64,000 bases of DNA from an uncultured bacterium (GTDB taxonomy: Bacteria > Planctomycetota > Phycisphaerae > UBA1845): the NCBI GenBank assembly GCA_965371245.1, contig CBDUXT010000006.1, positions 20,118-84,117 on the forward strand, given 5' to 3'. Both the position numbers and the translations under genes were made by a program. Position 1 is the stretch's first letter. Each line of letters begins with the position of its first letter. Under the pieces are notes generated by a model. The model was given only the letters and a program-made list of their open reading frames with translations. It was not told the origin of the DNA and did not search any database. Positions 51,975-62,432 of the stretch are shown here, piece by piece.

Positions 51975-53135
51975 CTACAAGAGGTATCGGGCGGTGAGCA
52001 CGCCCAGGAACGTGCCGACTCCATAGCCCAGCGAGCCTACTAGAACGGCCGGCAGAACGAGATCGGGGCGACCCAGACTCCTGGCCAGCGCCAAAGCGGA
52101 GGTGCCGCCGCCGATGTTCGCCTGTGACGCAACGGCCACGATGTCCGGGTCAACCCGGAATAGCGCACCCAGCCCGAACGTGATGACCGCGTGGACGGCG
52201 ACGACGATCGCCACGAACGTCAATAGCGTGACACCGAGTTGTCCGATGCCGCGCAGGGCGGCGACATCGCAAAACGCACCGATGACGGCCAGGAAAAGCA
52301 GCACCGCGAACATGCCCAAGAGCCGCGTTCCCTTGAGACGGTTGACGGCGGGTATCTGTGCCAGTGCCAGCGCCATGGCCGTGAGGATCACGATCGAAGG
52401 GATGTGCCAATCCCGCTGTGTCAAGTGCGCCGCCGCCAGGTTCGAGAGCCACACGCCACCCGCGCCCAAGGCGACGACCACGCCGAGGTCCATCGGATCC
52501 ACCGTTTCGACGTCGTCGTGCAACAGGTCGGTTGTGACGGCCGCACGAACGGCGCGCCGGGCCGACCGACTGCGCGGCCAAACCGAAGCCAGCGCCCTGG
52601 GTAGCGCAATGGTCGCGACCATCCAGACGGCCGTCATGATGTTGTCCACGGCCGTGGCGCCGGCGTAGAGCACACCGTCGCGCATCACGCCATACTCGAG
52701 CGCCAGGGCATTGAAGTTGACGCTTCCGCCCGTATAGGTGCCAACGAACATCGCGCCGAGCGGCGCGTACTTGTCGCCGATGGCCGACGGTCCGTTGATC
52801 GCCCACATGCCGACCAGGACGCCGACAAGCGTTCCGACTGAGCCGATCAGGAAGGTGACGAGCATCGGGGCGCCGGCTTGAAGAATGTCCCGCAGATTGA
52901 CTCTAAGAAGGAGCCAGAAAATCGCCAGTGGGGCGATGTATTCGAAGATGGCGTCGTAGAGCGGCGCGGCGTTCGACGAGGTGGGAATCAGGCCGAGGTT
53001 CGCCACGACGGCCGTCACGACGATCACCAATAGCGCGCTGCCGAAGTGGCGAAGGACGGTGTGGCGAACCAGCCACTCCGAAATCGCCACGTTCAGGGCA
53101 AGGACGGTGAGAATGTATAGAGGTGCCGTGAGCAT
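51975..53135 (-). CDS. DUF819-family polytopic membrane protein
   Basis: 386 aa, about 11 TM. N-terminus LALNVAISEWLVRHTVLRHFGSALLVIVVTAVVANLGLIP is as I remember DUF819. Confidence 0.7.
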   Translation of the reverse strand: MLTAPLYILTVLALNVAISEWLVRHTVLRHFGSALLVIVVTAVVANLGLIPTSSNAAPLYDAIFEYIAPLAIFWLLLRVNLRDILQAGAPMLVTFLIGSVGTLVGVLVGMWAINGPSAIGDKYAPLGAMFVGTYTGGSVNFNALALEYGVMRDGVLYAGATAVDNIMTAVWMVATIALPRALASVWPRSRSARRAVRAAVTTDLLHDDVETVDPMDLGVVVALGAGGVWLSNLAAAHLTQRDWHIPSIVILTAMALALAQIPAVNRLKGTRLLGMFAVLLFLAVIGAFCDVAALRGIGQLGVTLLTFVAIVVAVHAVITFGLGALFRVDPDIVAVASQANIGGGTSALALARSLGRPDLVLPAVLVGSLGYGVGTFLGVLTARYLL

Positions 53136-53224
53136 GTTCTGTTCCGGTGCCAGCCGGCCCGTTCGATCCGCATCAGCAGTCTAACTGCTCTCGCCGACCG
53201 ACGCATCGGGTGCCAGGCACCTGC

Positions 53225-53430
53225 CCAGGGTCACGGGTGCATGACAGTTTTGGCGGACCGTGCAAAGCCATCTCGACGGCGCCACGCCGCGTCAGAGCCG
53301 TGGGCGCAAGCCCACGGACACGATGCGAACAAGCACAGGGCTTCTGCGATACCAGGCCGGTCACGGGGCTCGCGCCCCGTGCGCTGAAAACTGCCCGCCG
53401 ATTCGGTCATGCACCCCAGGGTCACGGCGG
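53225..53430 (+). repeat. Family 1 repeat, long copy B
   Basis: GTCAGAGCC plus hairpin GTGGGC-gcaa-GCCCAC (53300-53315). Then GTCACGGGGCTCGCGCCCCGTGCGCTGAAAACTGCCCGCCGATTCGGTCATGC, parallel to 7328-7381. Flanked by CCAGGGTCACGG at 53225 and 53416, and inverted GTGCATGAC / GTCATGCAC. Confidence 0.75.
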
Positions 53431-53780
53431 TGGCGGCCGGACGTTGATTCCGGCGCCGATTCCGGGTAAGACCAAGACTCTGGATCGACGCGCGGGGCGA
53501 TGGGCGTTTGACTCAGAGGGTCTATATGAGGGGCTATGACAAACCGAGCCGCGACCGTCAGGGAGCGATTCTCCGCGCGAAACCGGACCGCTTTCTCACG
53601 GGCGCGGCACTGAAAGGGCGTTCCCAAGCATGCTCGCAGACCGCGCGCCGGCAGGTACGCTTTCATCGATTGTGACCCCGGGGGGTTGAGCACCGCAGTC
53701 GGTCGTGGCCGAAACCAACCGTGCGAGACCCACCGTGTCGGCGATCGAGGGTCACCGAGTTTCTACGGAGGTGTACGAAC

Positions 53781-54560
53781 ATGATTCATCGATTCGTCCG
53801 CCACGGGGCCGTGTGCTGTGCCCTGGGCGTCGTATCCGCCGCGCCAGGCGCGGTGTCGGCACAGAGCATGGGCTCCGAGGCCGAAACGGTTCTTCGACAA
53901 ATGAGCGTCCATGTGGCTGGCCTTCGCCAAGTCCGTATCGAGGCGGAGATTCTGTTCGACCGGGTCGAGGCTTCGGGTGAAAAGATCGAGCTCTCCAACC
54001 GCACGCGCGTGGACGTACTCAAGCCGGACCGGCTGTACGTACAGACCAGCGGCGACGCCGTCAATCGGCGCCTGTGGTACGACGCGAAAGAGTTTTGCCT
54101 GCTCAGGACCAAAGAGAAGCTCTACTCCAAGTTGCCGATGACCGGCTCGGTCGATTCCGTGCTTGGGGTGCTCAGCGAAAAATATGGCGTGACGGTCCCC
54201 GTGTTCACGGAGCTGCTCGCGCCAAGCCCCTATTCGGCCCTGACGCAGGAAGTGCTGACGGGGCGCAAGGTCGGCGTCCATCGTGTACGGGGCCGTGAGT
54301 GCCATCATCTGGCACTAACCCAGAAAGACATCGACTGGCAGATCTGGATCGAAACGGGCAACAACCCGGTTCCGCGCAAGATCGTGATCACCTACAAGAA
54401 CCGGCCGGGGCAGCCGCAATACAGCGTCGTGTTCATCCGGTGGGATACCAAGGTTGATTTCGACGACGCCCATTTTACGCTCGTCGCCTCCGGTGGCTGG
54501 GGGCGGATTCAGTTGGCTCCCGTGGGGGCGGCGTCCGAGACCAGGCCCACGAAGCCGTAG
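53781..54560 (+). CDS. DUF2092-like periplasmic (LolA-fold) protein
   Basis: GGAGG RBS precedes ATG 53781. Signal peptide MIHRFVRHGAVCCALGVVSAAPGAVSA. LKPDRLYVQTSGD...WYDAKEFCLL...WIETGNNPVPRKIVITYK is as I recall for DUF2092. Confidence 0.7.
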   Translation: MIHRFVRHGAVCCALGVVSAAPGAVSAQSMGSEAETVLRQMSVHVAGLRQVRIEAEILFDRVEASGEKIELSNRTRVDVLKPDRLYVQTSGDAVNRRLWYDAKEFCLLRTKEKLYSKLPMTGSVDSVLGVLSEKYGVTVPVFTELLAPSPYSALTQEVLTGRKVGVHRVRGRECHHLALTQKDIDWQIWIETGNNPVPRKIVITYKNRPGQPQYSVVFIRWDTKVDFDDAHFTLVASGGWGRIQLAPVGAASETRPTKP

Positions 54561-54625
54561 CCCAGGGGTATCGCCTTGTTGCTCGCAAACACTGATGGCG
54601 CTGACCTGACGGGAGGTTGCGTGGA

Positions 54626-56755
54626 ATGAGGACCGTCCGCAACGTCGATGCAAGAAGGATGACCCTGCCACTGGGCTCCAATCTCGTGAGCACGATAGTG
54701 ACGCTCGTTGTCGTGGGGCTCTTTGCCGTCGCTGTTGCGCGGGCGACGAAGGGAGACGAGCCACCGCTGCTGCCCTCCTCGGTCGTGGCGGCCATCGCCA
54801 ACGAGCTGTCCGGCACGAACGCCAAACAAATCGTTCAGGATCTAACGCGTTTCCACCGCATGCGCGGGTCGCGCGGCTTCCGCGCCGCCGCCGAGCAGGT
54901 CCGTGCCCGCGCGAGTCGCTACGGTCTTGATCGCGTCGAGATCGTCGAGTTGCCGGCCGACGGTAAGGTGTTCTACGGTACACAGCGTTCCCGCCCGGCC
55001 TGGGACGCCGACTTTGCGGAACTCTGGGAGCTTCGCGAAGACCAGGGTCGCTCCGTGCCCTGGAAACGCATCGCATCTTGGGCGGACCGACCGGTCACTT
55101 TGGCGCAGGACAGCGCCGGCGGCGAGGCAACTGCGGATTTGATCGATGTCGGTCGCGGAACGGATCCGTCGGACTACGAAGACAAGAACGTGAGGGGGAA
55201 GTTCGTCCTCGCCGGCGCCCAACCGGGGCCGGTTTCCGTGCTTGCCGTCCAAAAGCATGGGGCGGCCGGTATCGTCTCATACGCCCAGAACCAGCACACC
55301 GCGTGGTGGGGCGAAGACGAGAACCTGATTCGCTGGGGGCACCTGAACACCTTCCCGCCGCCCAACACCTTCGCCTTCATGGTCTCGCTCAAGCAGGCCC
55401 GTCTCTGGCGTGAGCGCTTAGCGCGGGGAGACACGGTGCGCCTTGCGGCGCGCGTCGAAGCCGGTCAGCACGCCGGTACGTATGACATCGTCACCGGCGT
55501 GATTCCCGGCGACGACGCCGTCGGCACTGAGGAGATCATCCTCTCTTGCCATCTCGACCATCTGCGCCCCGGTGCCAACGACAACGCCAGTGGCTGCGCA
55601 ACGATCCTGGAGGTGGCGCGGACGCTCACGAAGCTGATCCGCGAGTCCAAGATCGACGCGCCCCGACGAACCATCCGGTTCATCTGGCCGGCCGAGGTCG
55701 AGGGCACGGTCGCGCTGCTGAGCGCCCGACCCGAACTGTCGAAACGGGCGCGGGCCGTGATTCACATGGACATGGTCGGCGGCGACGCGGAGATCACCAA
55801 GGCTGTCTTTCATGTCACCAAGTCGCCGAAGAGCCTTCCGACATTCGTGAACGACGTGGCCGAGGCGTTCGGGCGGTTCGTCAATGACCAGTCATACGCC
55901 CACGCCGCCGGTGAACAGACGCCCTACCCGTTGACGGACCCCGACGGGGGCAAAGAAGCGCTCCGTGCGCAAATGACCGACTTCACCTCCGGCAGCGATC
56001 ACCAGGTGTGGGCCGAAGGATCCTTCCGCGTCCCCGTCGTGTACCTCAACGACTGGCCGGACCGCTACATTCACACCAACATGGACCGCGTGGACAACAT
56101 TGACGCCACGAAACTGCTCCGCGCCGGGTTCATCGGCGCGGCCACGGCCTACTATTTGGCCGATCTCGACTCTGAAAAAGTGACGGACCTCTGGCACGTC
56201 GTGCGCGGGTATGCCCTGCGGCGCGCCGCGGACGCGCTCACGCGCGCGGAGCTACTGCGACCCGAGGCGCCGGTTGAGGCGGAGAACCTCCTCGCGTTCG
56301 CTCGGGCCTATGAGCGCGGCGTTCTCGAATCGATTGAGCGGTTCGTCACGATCCCCGCCGGAGTTGGCAACGAGGCCGCCTTGTTCCTGGATCGGCTCGA
56401 CGGTCTCGCGCCGGTGCAAGCGGGCCGCCTGGACCTCGGCCAACTGGCATTGGAGCAAAGCCGTGTTGTGTACCGTCGCAGCCCCAATCCAAAGGGGCCG
56501 ATGTCGGTCTTCGGATACAGCTATTTCGAGGACAAGCTGCCCGCGACCGGGCTACCACGTCCGCGGCTCCTCGGCTATAAGGGGCGGTGGGGCGCCGGGT
56601 CGGACTACGCGTACGAAGCGCTCAACCTGGTCGATTCAAAGCGGTCGGTCCTGCAACTTCGCGACGACCTGTCGGCCATCCATGGTCCCGTATCGCTTCC
56701 ACTGGTTGCCGAGTATCTGACCGCGCTGGAACGCATCGGCGTGATTGCCCGCTGA
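54626..56755 (+). CDS. M28-family metallopeptidase with PA domain
   Basis: GGGAGG lies 9 nt upstream of ATG 54626. N-terminal TM. Zn-ligand region ILSCHLDHLRPGANDNASGCATILEVAR and IWPAEVEGT. Confidence 0.85.
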   Translation: MRTVRNVDARRMTLPLGSNLVSTIVTLVVVGLFAVAVARATKGDEPPLLPSSVVAAIANELSGTNAKQIVQDLTRFHRMRGSRGFRAAAEQVRARASRYGLDRVEIVELPADGKVFYGTQRSRPAWDADFAELWELREDQGRSVPWKRIASWADRPVTLAQDSAGGEATADLIDVGRGTDPSDYEDKNVRGKFVLAGAQPGPVSVLAVQKHGAAGIVSYAQNQHTAWWGEDENLIRWGHLNTFPPPNTFAFMVSLKQARLWRERLARGDTVRLAARVEAGQHAGTYDIVTGVIPGDDAVGTEEIILSCHLDHLRPGANDNASGCATILEVARTLTKLIRESKIDAPRRTIRFIWPAEVEGTVALLSARPELSKRARAVIHMDMVGGDAEITKAVFHVTKSPKSLPTFVNDVAEAFGRFVNDQSYAHAAGEQTPYPLTDPDGGKEALRAQMTDFTSGSDHQVWAEGSFRVPVVYLNDWPDRYIHTNMDRVDNIDATKLLRAGFIGAATAYYLADLDSEKVTDLWHVVRGYALRRAADALTRAELLRPEAPVEAENLLAFARAYERGVLESIERFVTIPAGVGNEAALFLDRLDGLAPVQAGRLDLGQLALEQSRVVYRRSPNPKGPMSVFGYSYFEDKLPATGLPRPRLLGYKGRWGAGSDYAYEALNLVDSKRSVLQLRDDLSAIHGPVSLPLVAEYLTALERIGVIAR

Positions 56756-56794
56756 GTCGTAGGTTCATCGTCGCTCTTACAGGAGAAAACAGCC

Positions 56795-57724
56795 ATGTCA
56801 TCACCGTTTGGACGTCCAACACCATTGCAATGGGTCTCGTTCTGTCTGCTTACCTTCACGATTGTATCCTCCGCCCATGCGCACCAACCGATTCGGGTCG
56901 AATACACGACCACCGACGGGGTTGAGATCGTGGGCGACTACTGGACGCCGATTCGAACCAAGGACGCGGCCCCCGTCGTCATTCTCCTGCACATGTACCA
57001 GTCTAATCGTCAGGCCTGGCGCCCGCAGATCGTAGCCCTGGAGTACGCCGGTTTCGCCATCATGTCCATCGACCTCCGCGGACACGGTGACAGCGTCAAG
57101 CCGACTTCGATGAATCTCAAGGAGCGCGTCGAGAGCCGCGATACCGAGTTGTTCCAGGCCATGCACCGCGACGTGGCCGGAGCCTACCAGTGGCTCGCCG
57201 AAAGACCCGAGGCCGACCTGTCACGCATCGCACTGATCGGGGCGAGCGTCGGTTGCAGCGTGGCCATCGACTACGCCCAAAGAGACAAGTCGGTCGATGT
57301 CGCGGCCGTCCTCTCCCCTGGGACGAAGTATCTGGGCATCGACTCCATCGCGCACATCAAGCGATACGGATCTCGGCCTTTGCTGATCCTCACCTCCGAA
57401 CAAGAGCGCGGACGTGGTGCCGCCACGTTGTATGACCTGGCGACCGAGTCCGGCGTGCTCATCGAGCAAGCCGTCTTTTCGCAAACCGGGATCCACGGAA
57501 CGCGCATGTACGGCAAAGTCGATGGCATCGACAAGCGGATCGCGGCGTTCCTGAAGGAACACGTATCCGCGATGCCCGGGGAGAAGGTCTTCGCCGCCAT
57601 TGATGGTGACGAGTTCTTCCCCGAGGGGCACGCAGCGATCAAGAAGATCAAGCCCAGTGCCCTGCGCATCTTCAGCAGCGCGGAAGAGGCAACGAAACGC
57701 GGGCTCCGACCGGCAGGGAAGTAG
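56795..57724 (+). CDS. Secreted alpha/beta hydrolase
   Basis: AGGAGA RBS and signal peptide. Motifs PVVILLHMY, nucleophile elbow LIGASVGCS and HGT. Confidence 0.8.
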   Translation: MSSPFGRPTPLQWVSFCLLTFTIVSSAHAHQPIRVEYTTTDGVEIVGDYWTPIRTKDAAPVVILLHMYQSNRQAWRPQIVALEYAGFAIMSIDLRGHGDSVKPTSMNLKERVESRDTELFQAMHRDVAGAYQWLAERPEADLSRIALIGASVGCSVAIDYAQRDKSVDVAAVLSPGTKYLGIDSIAHIKRYGSRPLLILTSEQERGRGAATLYDLATESGVLIEQAVFSQTGIHGTRMYGKVDGIDKRIAAFLKEHVSAMPGEKVFAAIDGDEFFPEGHAAIKKIKPSALRIFSSAEEATKRGLRPAGK

Positions 57725-58016
57725 TACGCGAGCCCGTTACGGACCGCGCGAATCCCGACCGGCCCGACCGGATGCACGCCTGTTTCAGACAGCGGAAACG
57801 GAACCCCAAGCCGCGTCAGTGGCACTGCGCACTCGTTTCGGGTTCCCATCCCGTGCCGCGCAGACCGCTTTCGGGCGCCGAACCGGGGGCGGTTTGACAC
57901 GGTTCAAGGAGAGGCCGACAATCCGTCGCGGCGGGTGGGGGACGCTCGCTGACGCGAATTGCTTGATGCAGCGGCCGCCGCCACTTAGCGACCGGCCTCC
58001 CCTGGCTGACGGGACA

Positions 58017-59321
58017 ATGGCAACCCAGCAAACGGCCTCCCCGGCGACACCCACGGTTTCCAAGACCGGCGATCGCGCCGAGTCGTTGGTCTCCCGCTAC
58101 CGCGCGGTCCGCCGCTTCAGCGAACAACTCTGCGAGCCCCTCGAGACCGAGGACTTCGTCATCCAATCGATGACCGAAGCGAGTCCGACGCGGTGGCACC
58201 TGGCACACACGACGTGGTTTTTCGAAACGTTCGTGCTCACGAAGGTTGTCCCGAGCTACAAGCCCTTCCACTCGGACTTCGTCTATCTGTTCAACTCGTA
58301 CTACAACGCCGTCGGCGATCAGTTCCCCCGGCCGCAGCGCGGGCTTCTCTCGCGACCGACGGTCAAGCAGGTGTTCGAGTATCGCCGGTACGTTGACGAC
58401 CGGATGGTCGAATGGCTCGAGGGGAGTGGCGCGGAGAGATCGCCCGATGTGATCGGTGTCGTCGAGATCGGCCTCAACCACGAACAGCAACACCAGGAGT
58501 TGATACTCACCGACATCAAACACGTGTTCTCGTGCAATCCACTTCATCCGATCTACCGGGAGCGTGCGGCTTTCTCCGAGACCTCGCCTCCCGCGCTTCG
58601 ATGGGTCGGCCACGAAGGCGGCGTTCGCTGGATCGGGCACGAGGGCGCCGGTTGCTGCTACGACAATGAGAAGCCGCGACACCAGGTCTATGTCCAGCCG
58701 TTCGAACTCGCGTCGCGACTGGTCACCAATGGTGAGTTCCTCGAGTTCTTGGCCGGCGGCGGTTACGAGCGGCCGGAGTTCTGGCTTTCCGACGGGTGGG
58801 CCGCCGTCCAGCAGCGCGGATGGAGAGCCCCGCTCTACTGGGAAGAGCGCGACGGCCTGTGGTGCTACCACACACTCAGCGGGTTTCGGCCAGTCGATCG
58901 GGCCGAACCGGTCTGTCACGTCAGCTACTTCGAAGCCGACGCCTATGCACGCTGGGCGGGGGCGTGGCTGCCCCTGGAGGCGGCCTGGGAATTCGCGGCC
59001 GGGGCGACCGAAATCGTCGGCAACTTCGTGGAGAGCGAAGCCTACCATCCTGTCCCGTGCGACGTCTCCGAACATGCCGGCGGTTTGTCACAGATGTTCG
59101 GCGACGTTTGGGAATGGACGATGAGTGCCTACGCGGCCTATCCCGGCTACCGTGCGGCCAAAGGCGCCCTCGGCGAGTACAACGGGAAGTTCATGTGCAA
59201 CCAGATGGTGCTACGCGGCGGTTCGTGCGCCACGTCGCAGTCGCACATACGCAAGACCTACCGGAACTTCTTCCAACCAGACGCCCGTTGGCAGTTCAGC
59301 GGGTTTCGCCTGGCGAGATAG
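58017..59321 (+). CDS. egtB: EgtB-type sulfoxide synthase (DinB_2 + FGE-sulfatase domains)
   Basis: Start at MATQQTASP (ATG 58017). Motifs SPTRWHLAHTTWFFETFVL, GLNHEQQHQELILTDI, GDVWEWTMSAYAAYPGY and VLRGGSCATS. Confidence 0.85.
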   Translation: MATQQTASPATPTVSKTGDRAESLVSRYRAVRRFSEQLCEPLETEDFVIQSMTEASPTRWHLAHTTWFFETFVLTKVVPSYKPFHSDFVYLFNSYYNAVGDQFPRPQRGLLSRPTVKQVFEYRRYVDDRMVEWLEGSGAERSPDVIGVVEIGLNHEQQHQELILTDIKHVFSCNPLHPIYRERAAFSETSPPALRWVGHEGGVRWIGHEGAGCCYDNEKPRHQVYVQPFELASRLVTNGEFLEFLAGGGYERPEFWLSDGWAAVQQRGWRAPLYWEERDGLWCYHTLSGFRPVDRAEPVCHVSYFEADAYARWAGAWLPLEAAWEFAAGATEIVGNFVESEAYHPVPCDVSEHAGGLSQMFGDVWEWTMSAYAAYPGYRAAKGALGEYNGKFMCNQMVLRGGSCATSQSHIRKTYRNFFQPDARWQFSGFRLAR

Positions 59322-59502
59322 TAACGATCGCAAGGGAGCGTCGTCCCTAGGGTGCGACTCATCGCCCAATCCTCGCCATGTATTCGTCTGCGTCAGCCCC
59401 GTCCGAGGTGTGTACCTTACCATTCTCCGGGGGCGCGACGGTTGCGTCGAGGCGAAAGCGACGGTAGTGTCTGTACACGCCGAGTGACACAGAGTGCCGC
59501 GC

Positions 59503-59910
59503 ATGAACCAGTCAGAACACGAAGAAGCCATGGTCAAGGCCTTCATCGTTCCGAGTAAACGCGAGCGCTGGCTGTACTTGCTGACGAATCCCAAGAGGCG
59601 TCGGACGGCCCTCGATGCGCTGTACCACTTCCACGATCGGGACGACCGCTTTGTAATCCGTTGGCCGCCACGGCACGACACCTCAGCGAATAGAGCGGAA
59701 ACGCTGCGCGGCTATGGTGCGCCGGACACGTGCTGGGTGATCTCCACAAGCGATTCCCTGGACGCGCGTGAGATGCTCTTGGACGAAGCACTCGGCGAGT
59801 GCATCGGATACGGGGAGGGCATTCTCATATCCTGCGTGCCGGGCAAGCTGGCTTTCTTTGAGGGTGAGGGTCCGGAAGATCGGTGTATCCTCCGCCGGAC
59901 GTGTAAGTAA
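59503..59910 (+). CDS. Hypothetical 135-aa protein
   Basis: ORF with non-shadow composition (MNQSEHEEAMVKAFIVPSKRERWLYLL...GILISCVPGKLAFFEGEGPEDRCIL). No family recognised. Confidence 0.45.
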   Translation: MNQSEHEEAMVKAFIVPSKRERWLYLLTNPKRRRTALDALYHFHDRDDRFVIRWPPRHDTSANRAETLRGYGAPDTCWVISTSDSLDAREMLLDEALGECIGYGEGILISCVPGKLAFFEGEGPEDRCILRRTCK

Positions 59911-60021
59911 GCGGTAAACCCATGGGACGGCTAGCAGTCCGTCGAAGAACGCCCGACTCCGTCTCGGACGAACTGCTGCAGCAGGATGTTGCGCCCATTC
60001 CTAGGCCTTTCATCGTTTGCA

Positions 60022-61701
60022 TCAATACTGCCACGGCGAGAAGTCCGTACCCGGCGGCGCTTGCTTCTCGACTTGGGCTTTCATCAGTTCAAGCAATTCG
60101 GCCCCCCGTGGACCCCAGCAGTGCGGCTTTCGCCGACCGTACTTGACCACGCCGGCATAGTAGGGATCCTTCGTGGACTCCAGGAACTCCTCCATCAGGC
60201 GCACGCCTTCGTTGAGGTAGTAGGAGTCCATGTCGCCAACGTAGATGTGCAGCTTGCCGACCAGCTTAGCGCCCAGCGTGTCCCAGTGGGTGGCCAGGAT
60301 GTGTCGCAGGTCGAAGTGCTCCTTCCAATACGCGGCCACCTCGTGATCGATCGTCCCCGTGCGTTTGTCCCAGATGCGTTGGGGGTAGCCGTCCTCGCCG
60401 ACGGGCCCGAACGCGGCCTCCCAAATGTCCCACTGTCCGCCGGATCGCGACTTGTCGCCCACGGTCAGCTCGAAGAGGTTCTCGTCCTTCATCATCGAGC
60501 GAACGTTGCCGTCGGGCGAGCGTCGGTTGGGTCGCTCGACGCGCGTCCAACCGCGGTCGAACCAGTAGGCATTGTCGTCCTCGTAGATGTTGACGATCTG
60601 GTGGTATCGAAAATCGAGCGGGTCGGGGCAGCTCGCAAAGCAGCCGCCGAAGGAGTCAGGCTGAAACACCTGAAGGGCCACCGCCTCCCAGCCGCCCGTC
60701 GAACCGCCGGAGAGGACGCGACCCCACGACTCGCGGATGACGCGAAAGCGTCTTTCGATCTCAGGGATCAGTTCCTGCATGAGCGCGTCAGCGTAGGGTC
60801 CGTTGTTGGCCGAGTTCACGGCGTAGGAGTCGTCGTAGTAGGGCGTGGGGTGCTGGAAGGTGACGTAGACAAACCGCGGCGTGCCATCGGCCAGCCAGAT
60901 GTCGTCGAACGTGCGGCGCCGACCAAAGCCGCCCGGGGTCCGTGTCGAGAAATGTCCCTGAATATAGTTGACCGGGTACAGCGTGTCGGAGTGGTCGTCA
61001 TAGCCCCTGGGAAGAAGAACGGTCGCGCCGACGTACATCGGCCGACCCCACCAGTTGGTCAGGATGCGGCTCTGCATGCGAAAGCGCTTCACGTGCGCGG
61101 TGTCCTCGGGCAACTCGATCGGTGGAATCACGTTGTCGCAAACGAGGCGGATGGGTTCGCCTGCTTCCGGGTCGAGCGTGACCTTCCGCGGCGTGCTGAA
61201 CAGGTTGCCGGGCGAGCGCCGCCAGCGCTGCCCTTCCCACTGGTCCATGTGCAGCCACACGCGGTGGCCATCGGTCCGGTCGAAGCGCGTGTACACGTTG
61301 ACGAACGCCTGAACGAAGTACTCACCGGGGGGAAGGTCGTTCAGGCTCGCTACGGGATACCCGACCACGTCGCCGTCAATGACGATCGCCTGACCGGGGA
61401 TCAGTTCGTCGATGTTGCGACCGAAGAAGGGCACGCCGGTTTCACCGACCTGCGCTACCGGTGGGCGACGGTCGGACTGCGTAACGATGACGTAGACTCG
61501 GCCCGTGATCGGCTCTGGTCGCACGGATTCGTCATAGCTGATCTCGAATCGAAGACCGCCACTCACCGAGGTTCGGCCCCCTTCCCCAGCCGATGACAGA
61601 GCTGGCTCGGTGATGTCGAACCGGGGCGGTCGGTTCTGCTCCAAACAGCCCGCCGCGAGTATGGCCAGCGCCACGATGATCACTCTCTTTGCCTCTTTCA
61701 T
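60022..61701 (-). CDS. Lipoprotein with esterase-like alpha/beta hydrolase domain
   Basis: 559 aa. Lipobox ILAAGC. GxSxG-type LSGGSTGGWEA. Putative-esterase-like C-terminal half. Confidence 0.75.
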   Translation of the reverse strand: MKEAKRVIIVALAILAAGCLEQNRPPRFDITEPALSSAGEGGRTSVSGGLRFEISYDESVRPEPITGRVYVIVTQSDRRPPVAQVGETGVPFFGRNIDELIPGQAIVIDGDVVGYPVASLNDLPPGEYFVQAFVNVYTRFDRTDGHRVWLHMDQWEGQRWRRSPGNLFSTPRKVTLDPEAGEPIRLVCDNVIPPIELPEDTAHVKRFRMQSRILTNWWGRPMYVGATVLLPRGYDDHSDTLYPVNYIQGHFSTRTPGGFGRRRTFDDIWLADGTPRFVYVTFQHPTPYYDDSYAVNSANNGPYADALMQELIPEIERRFRVIRESWGRVLSGGSTGGWEAVALQVFQPDSFGGCFASCPDPLDFRYHQIVNIYEDDNAYWFDRGWTRVERPNRRSPDGNVRSMMKDENLFELTVGDKSRSGGQWDIWEAAFGPVGEDGYPQRIWDKRTGTIDHEVAAYWKEHFDLRHILATHWDTLGAKLVGKLHIYVGDMDSYYLNEGVRLMEEFLESTKDPYYAGVVKYGRRKPHCWGPRGAELLELMKAQVEKQAPPGTDFSPWQY

Positions 61702-62000
61702 CCAGCGTGTTCCTCGTCAGGGGTCTGTCGCGACGTCAAACGGTATCACGTCGTGTCCGGCACAAGGCGAGCATGATGCCGTACTTTCCCCCATGATGCA
61801 CGTCTTGGGGCGGTAAAAACTCCCCTGCACGGTCTGGCGACCGGTCTGACGCTCGGCGCATGCGGTCGCGGGTGTGTCCGCGGGCCACCCGCCGCCGGCT
61901 TCGCGCCGACCCAGCGTGCCTCTCGGGTGGAATCGCGAGGTTCGTTTCTGATAGACTGGATGGCCGGCCCACCGTCACGGGTTAAGGGCCGCGGAGGATC

Positions 62001-62432
62001 ATGAAGCGATTCGTTTGGAGTATCCCGTTGCTGTTGAGCGCCGGTTGCGGCGTGGCGCCGTCGGCCGGTCCGAATGCTTGCGCCGACGACTCGACCTGTG
62101 CCTTTGTTTCGACGGCAGCGGATACGGCGACCGGCGCCGCCCTCGTGGATCCACGGTCAATCTCCACACCGGTGCCGGAACACAGGGACGTTGCGACGTC
62201 CGACCCGCCCGCCGACGGCTCATCCGCGCAACTGCCGCTCGATCCGTTCACGGGGTTCCTGGTGGATGCGGTTGGTATCGATGCACTGCTCTCACTGTTG
62301 TTCAATGATAGGGCGATCGACCAGCTCGACCCGAGCGGGCCCCGGCTCAACGACAGCCTCACTTTCCTGGAACGGCTATGTCGTGAAGGCGACACACCCG
62401 ACTTCGTCTGCCGTGATCGATACGGCAACTAG
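62001..62432 (+). CDS. Hypothetical lipoprotein
   Basis: GGAGG RBS. Lipoprotein signal MKRFVWSIPLLLSAGC. Confidence 0.55.
   Translation: MKRFVWSIPLLLSAGCGVAPSAGPNACADDSTCAFVSTAADTATGAALVDPRSISTPVPEHRDVATSDPPADGSSAQLPLDPFTGFLVDAVGIDALLSLLFNDRAIDQLDPSGPRLNDSLTFLERLCREGDTPDFVCRDRYGN

Noticed and set aside
57600-58016. N-terminal 139 codons of the 573-aa egtB ORF
   Set aside because: It overlaps the end of the hydrolase gene and is Arg/Ser/Pro-rich. The EgtB homology begins at MATQQT.
59986-61596. 536-aa plus-strand ORF
   Set aside because: It is antisense to the well-supported esterase-like lipoprotein gene (60022-61701). Its Arg/Val/Gly-rich composition is typical of high-GC shadow ORFs.
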